Assembly (NCBI GenBank): GCA_031401505.1
Contig: JANNRO010000297.1
Coordinates: 1-36,760, forward strand
DNA: 36,760 nucleotides
Source: Planctomycetia bacterium
GTDB lineage: Bacteria > Planctomycetota > PLA2 > JAEUHO01
Reading direction: 5' to 3'
Program-made: the position numbers and the translations under genes
Notes under the pieces: generated by a model
Seen by the model: the letters and a program-made list of their open reading frames with translations, nothing else
The model's database searches: none
What the model was told of the DNA's origin: nothing
In this document: piece by piece, positions 35,089 through 36,760 of the stretch
Layout: each line of letters opens with the position of its first letter
Numbering within the stretch: position 1 is the stretch's first letter

Positions 35089-35571
35089 GTGACGATCGAC
35101 GAACCACCCGGAACGCTCGGCAGGGGAACCGCCGAGGAACCGCGTCTCGTCATCGAGGCGTGGCTCGCGGTCCCCGTGTCGGACGGCTGGCGTTGCCTGC
35201 TGCTGCGCCGATCGCCCGCCAGCGGAGGCTATTGGCAGGGCGTCTCGGGTCGGGTCGAGACGTTCGACGTGTCGCTGCGCGCCGCGGCGTTGCGCGAGAT
35301 TCGCGAGGAAACCGGCATCGCGACGGGCGTCGAGATCACCGACCTCGGGCGCTTCATCGACTTCCGCGGGTTCCTCTCGGGGGCGCACTTTCGCAAACGA
35401 AGCCTGGGCGCCATCCTTCCGCCGGGCGTCACTGCGAAATCGATCCGACTGTCCGAGGAGCACGACGACGCCGAGTTGCTGACCTTCGACGACGCACGCG
35501 CGCGGCTGCGCTTTCCCGAGAACGTCCGGGAATTGACGACCTGGGAAGAGCGGCTGCCCCGACGCGGATAG
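35089..35571 (+). CDS. Nudix hydrolase (NudB/dATP pyrophosphohydrolase-like)
   Basis: LLLRR..GGYWQGVSGRVE..AALREIREETGI Nudix box, plus LSEEH. Confidence 0.88.
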   Translation: MTIDEPPGTLGRGTAEEPRLVIEAWLAVPVSDGWRCLLLRRSPASGGYWQGVSGRVETFDVSLRAAALREIREETGIATGVEITDLGRFIDFRGFLSGAHFRKRSLGAILPPGVTAKSIRLSEEHDDAELLTFDDARARLRFPENVRELTTWEERLPRRG

Positions 35572-35595
35572 CCGGGTGAGCGGATAGCCGGGTGA
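35564..35595. repeat. Perfect tandem duplication of 16 bp
   Basis: GCGGATAGCCGGGTGA x2 (35564-35579, 35580-35595). Confidence 0.9.
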
Positions 35596-35621
35596 TTCGT
35601 CGAACCGATCGACGGACGCCG

Positions 35622-36760
35622 TCAATCGACCGCCTGCTGGAACGTGCCGCCGGTCGCCGCGGCGATGTCGCGGAGCAACGGCAGCACGCCTTCGCCGGCG
35701 CCGATCGTGTGGACGGGCACCTTGCGATCGGAGAGTGCCGAGATCCCCGCCAGCACCTGCTCGGCCACGTGGTAGCGCCCGCGGTTGGGCGCGCCGTCGG
35801 AGAGCAGGAAGACCAGGTCGAGCCGCTGCACCTCGGCGGCGGGCGTGCGGCCCAGACCCGCGTACTGGAACGCCGTCTCGACCGCGTCATAGATGTTCGT
35901 GTAGGCCTTCGGCACGATCGCCTCGAGCCATCGGATGGCCCGCGCCTTCGCGACCGGGTGTGCGCGAACGAGTCGTCCGGCGAAAGGCAGCACGTTCTCG
36001 TTGAACGCCACGACGTCGAAGAGGGTGTGCGTCGGGAGTTCGCGCAGCGTCGCGGTCAGATGCTTCCTCGCCGGCGCGATGCCGTGGTCCTTCATCGAAG
36101 CACTGACGTCGAGACAGAAGACGACGTGACACGCACGCCCCTTCCCGCGAACGGGCACGCCGTAGTAGCGCGCCACGTATGCGGGCATCGGCTCCCGGTA
36201 CGCGTCGGCGGGGGCGACGACCGGCCTCGGGACCGCGGGAGGAAGACGCCCACGCTGCGCCTCCCACCACGCGGCCCACGGCGCGCGCTCGGCCGGAAAA
36301 TCCTGATGGGTGACGCGCACGAGGCTCTCCCACGCGTGAATCCGCGGGGGTGCTTCGGCGTGACTCAAGAGGTCGATCAACGGCCCGACGCAATCGACGC
36401 GACCGCGACGACCGAGCGCCAAGGCGCGGCACGACTCCTCCACCCAGTCGGCGCCCGGCCTCGCCGCGAAGAGAACGAGAGGCACGGCGGGACTCTCGAC
36501 GCATCCGATCGCCTCGATCACGAGCGCCCGTCGCCACGGATCGGACTTCGGGTCGCGGACGTGATCGAGCAGGCGGCGTGCCAGCGCCGGGTCGGTCGAG
36601 CGATCGGCGACGGCGTCGACCGCCGCGGCCAGCACGCGGTCGTCGTCTTCCTTCGCGGGATCGAGCACGCCCCACCACGTCGCAACCGCATCCTCGCCCG
36701 GGAGCCGGAGGAGCAGCCTCGCGACACGCGCCCGCTCGGCGCCACCGCGCAACCGGAGGA
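35622..36760 (-). CDS. HEAT-repeat + von Willebrand A domain protein; N-terminus beyond the right edge
   Basis: HEAT-like repeats, AWESLVRVTHQDF..WAAWW, YYGVPV, and MIDAS motifs DVSASM, YTN and LLSDGAPN. The frame is open to the window end. Confidence 0.9.
   Translation of the reverse strand, partial: LRLRGGAERARVARLLLRLPGEDAVATWWGVLDPAKEDDDRVLAAAVDAVADRSTDPALARRLLDHVRDPKSDPWRRALVIEAIGCVESPAVPLVLFAARPGADWVEESCRALALGRRGRVDCVGPLIDLLSHAEAPPRIHAWESLVRVTHQDFPAERAPWAAWWEAQRGRLPPAVPRPVVAPADAYREPMPAYVARYYGVPVRGKGRACHVVFCLDVSASMKDHGIAPARKHLTATLRELPTHTLFDVVAFNENVLPFAGRLVRAHPVAKARAIRWLEAIVPKAYTNIYDAVETAFQYAGLGRTPAAEVQRLDLVFLLSDGAPNRGRYHVAEQVLAGISALSDRKVPVHTIGAGEGVLPLLRDIAAATGGTFQQAVD

Overview
High-GC bacterial chromosomal segment, roughly 70% GC by eye. 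The gene content (HEAT+VWA protein, carboxypeptidase-regulatory-like exported protein, ECF sigma, TPR-CHAT protease, FHA-kinase, fused MFS/spermidine synthase) suggests Planctomycetota or a similar lineage, which is an inference. I call 33 CDSs, two of them truncated at the window edges. Most are housekeeping or metabolic: hbd-like dehydrogenase, thioesterase, beta-CASP MBL nuclease, Mrp/ApbC, ElbB, MocA-like, PruA, EamA, RNase D, NadE, RlmI-like, GdhA, Nudix. The most notable block is 4072-12831. It holds a translationally coupled ECF sigma / zinc-less membrane anti-sigma / signal-peptide-bearing TPR-CHAT caspase-like protease operon. This operon converges on two exported orphan proteins, one with a segment resembling a beta-pore-forming-toxin hairpin. 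Other oddities are an FHA-pseudokinase, a degenerate TIR-like gene after nadE, a Lys-tract/poly-acidic protein, a 41-aa Cys-rich micro-protein, several apparently leaderless genes and several long intergenic hairpins. I saw no rRNA, tRNA, CRISPR array or mobile element. All calls come from motif recognition by eye; no database searches were run.
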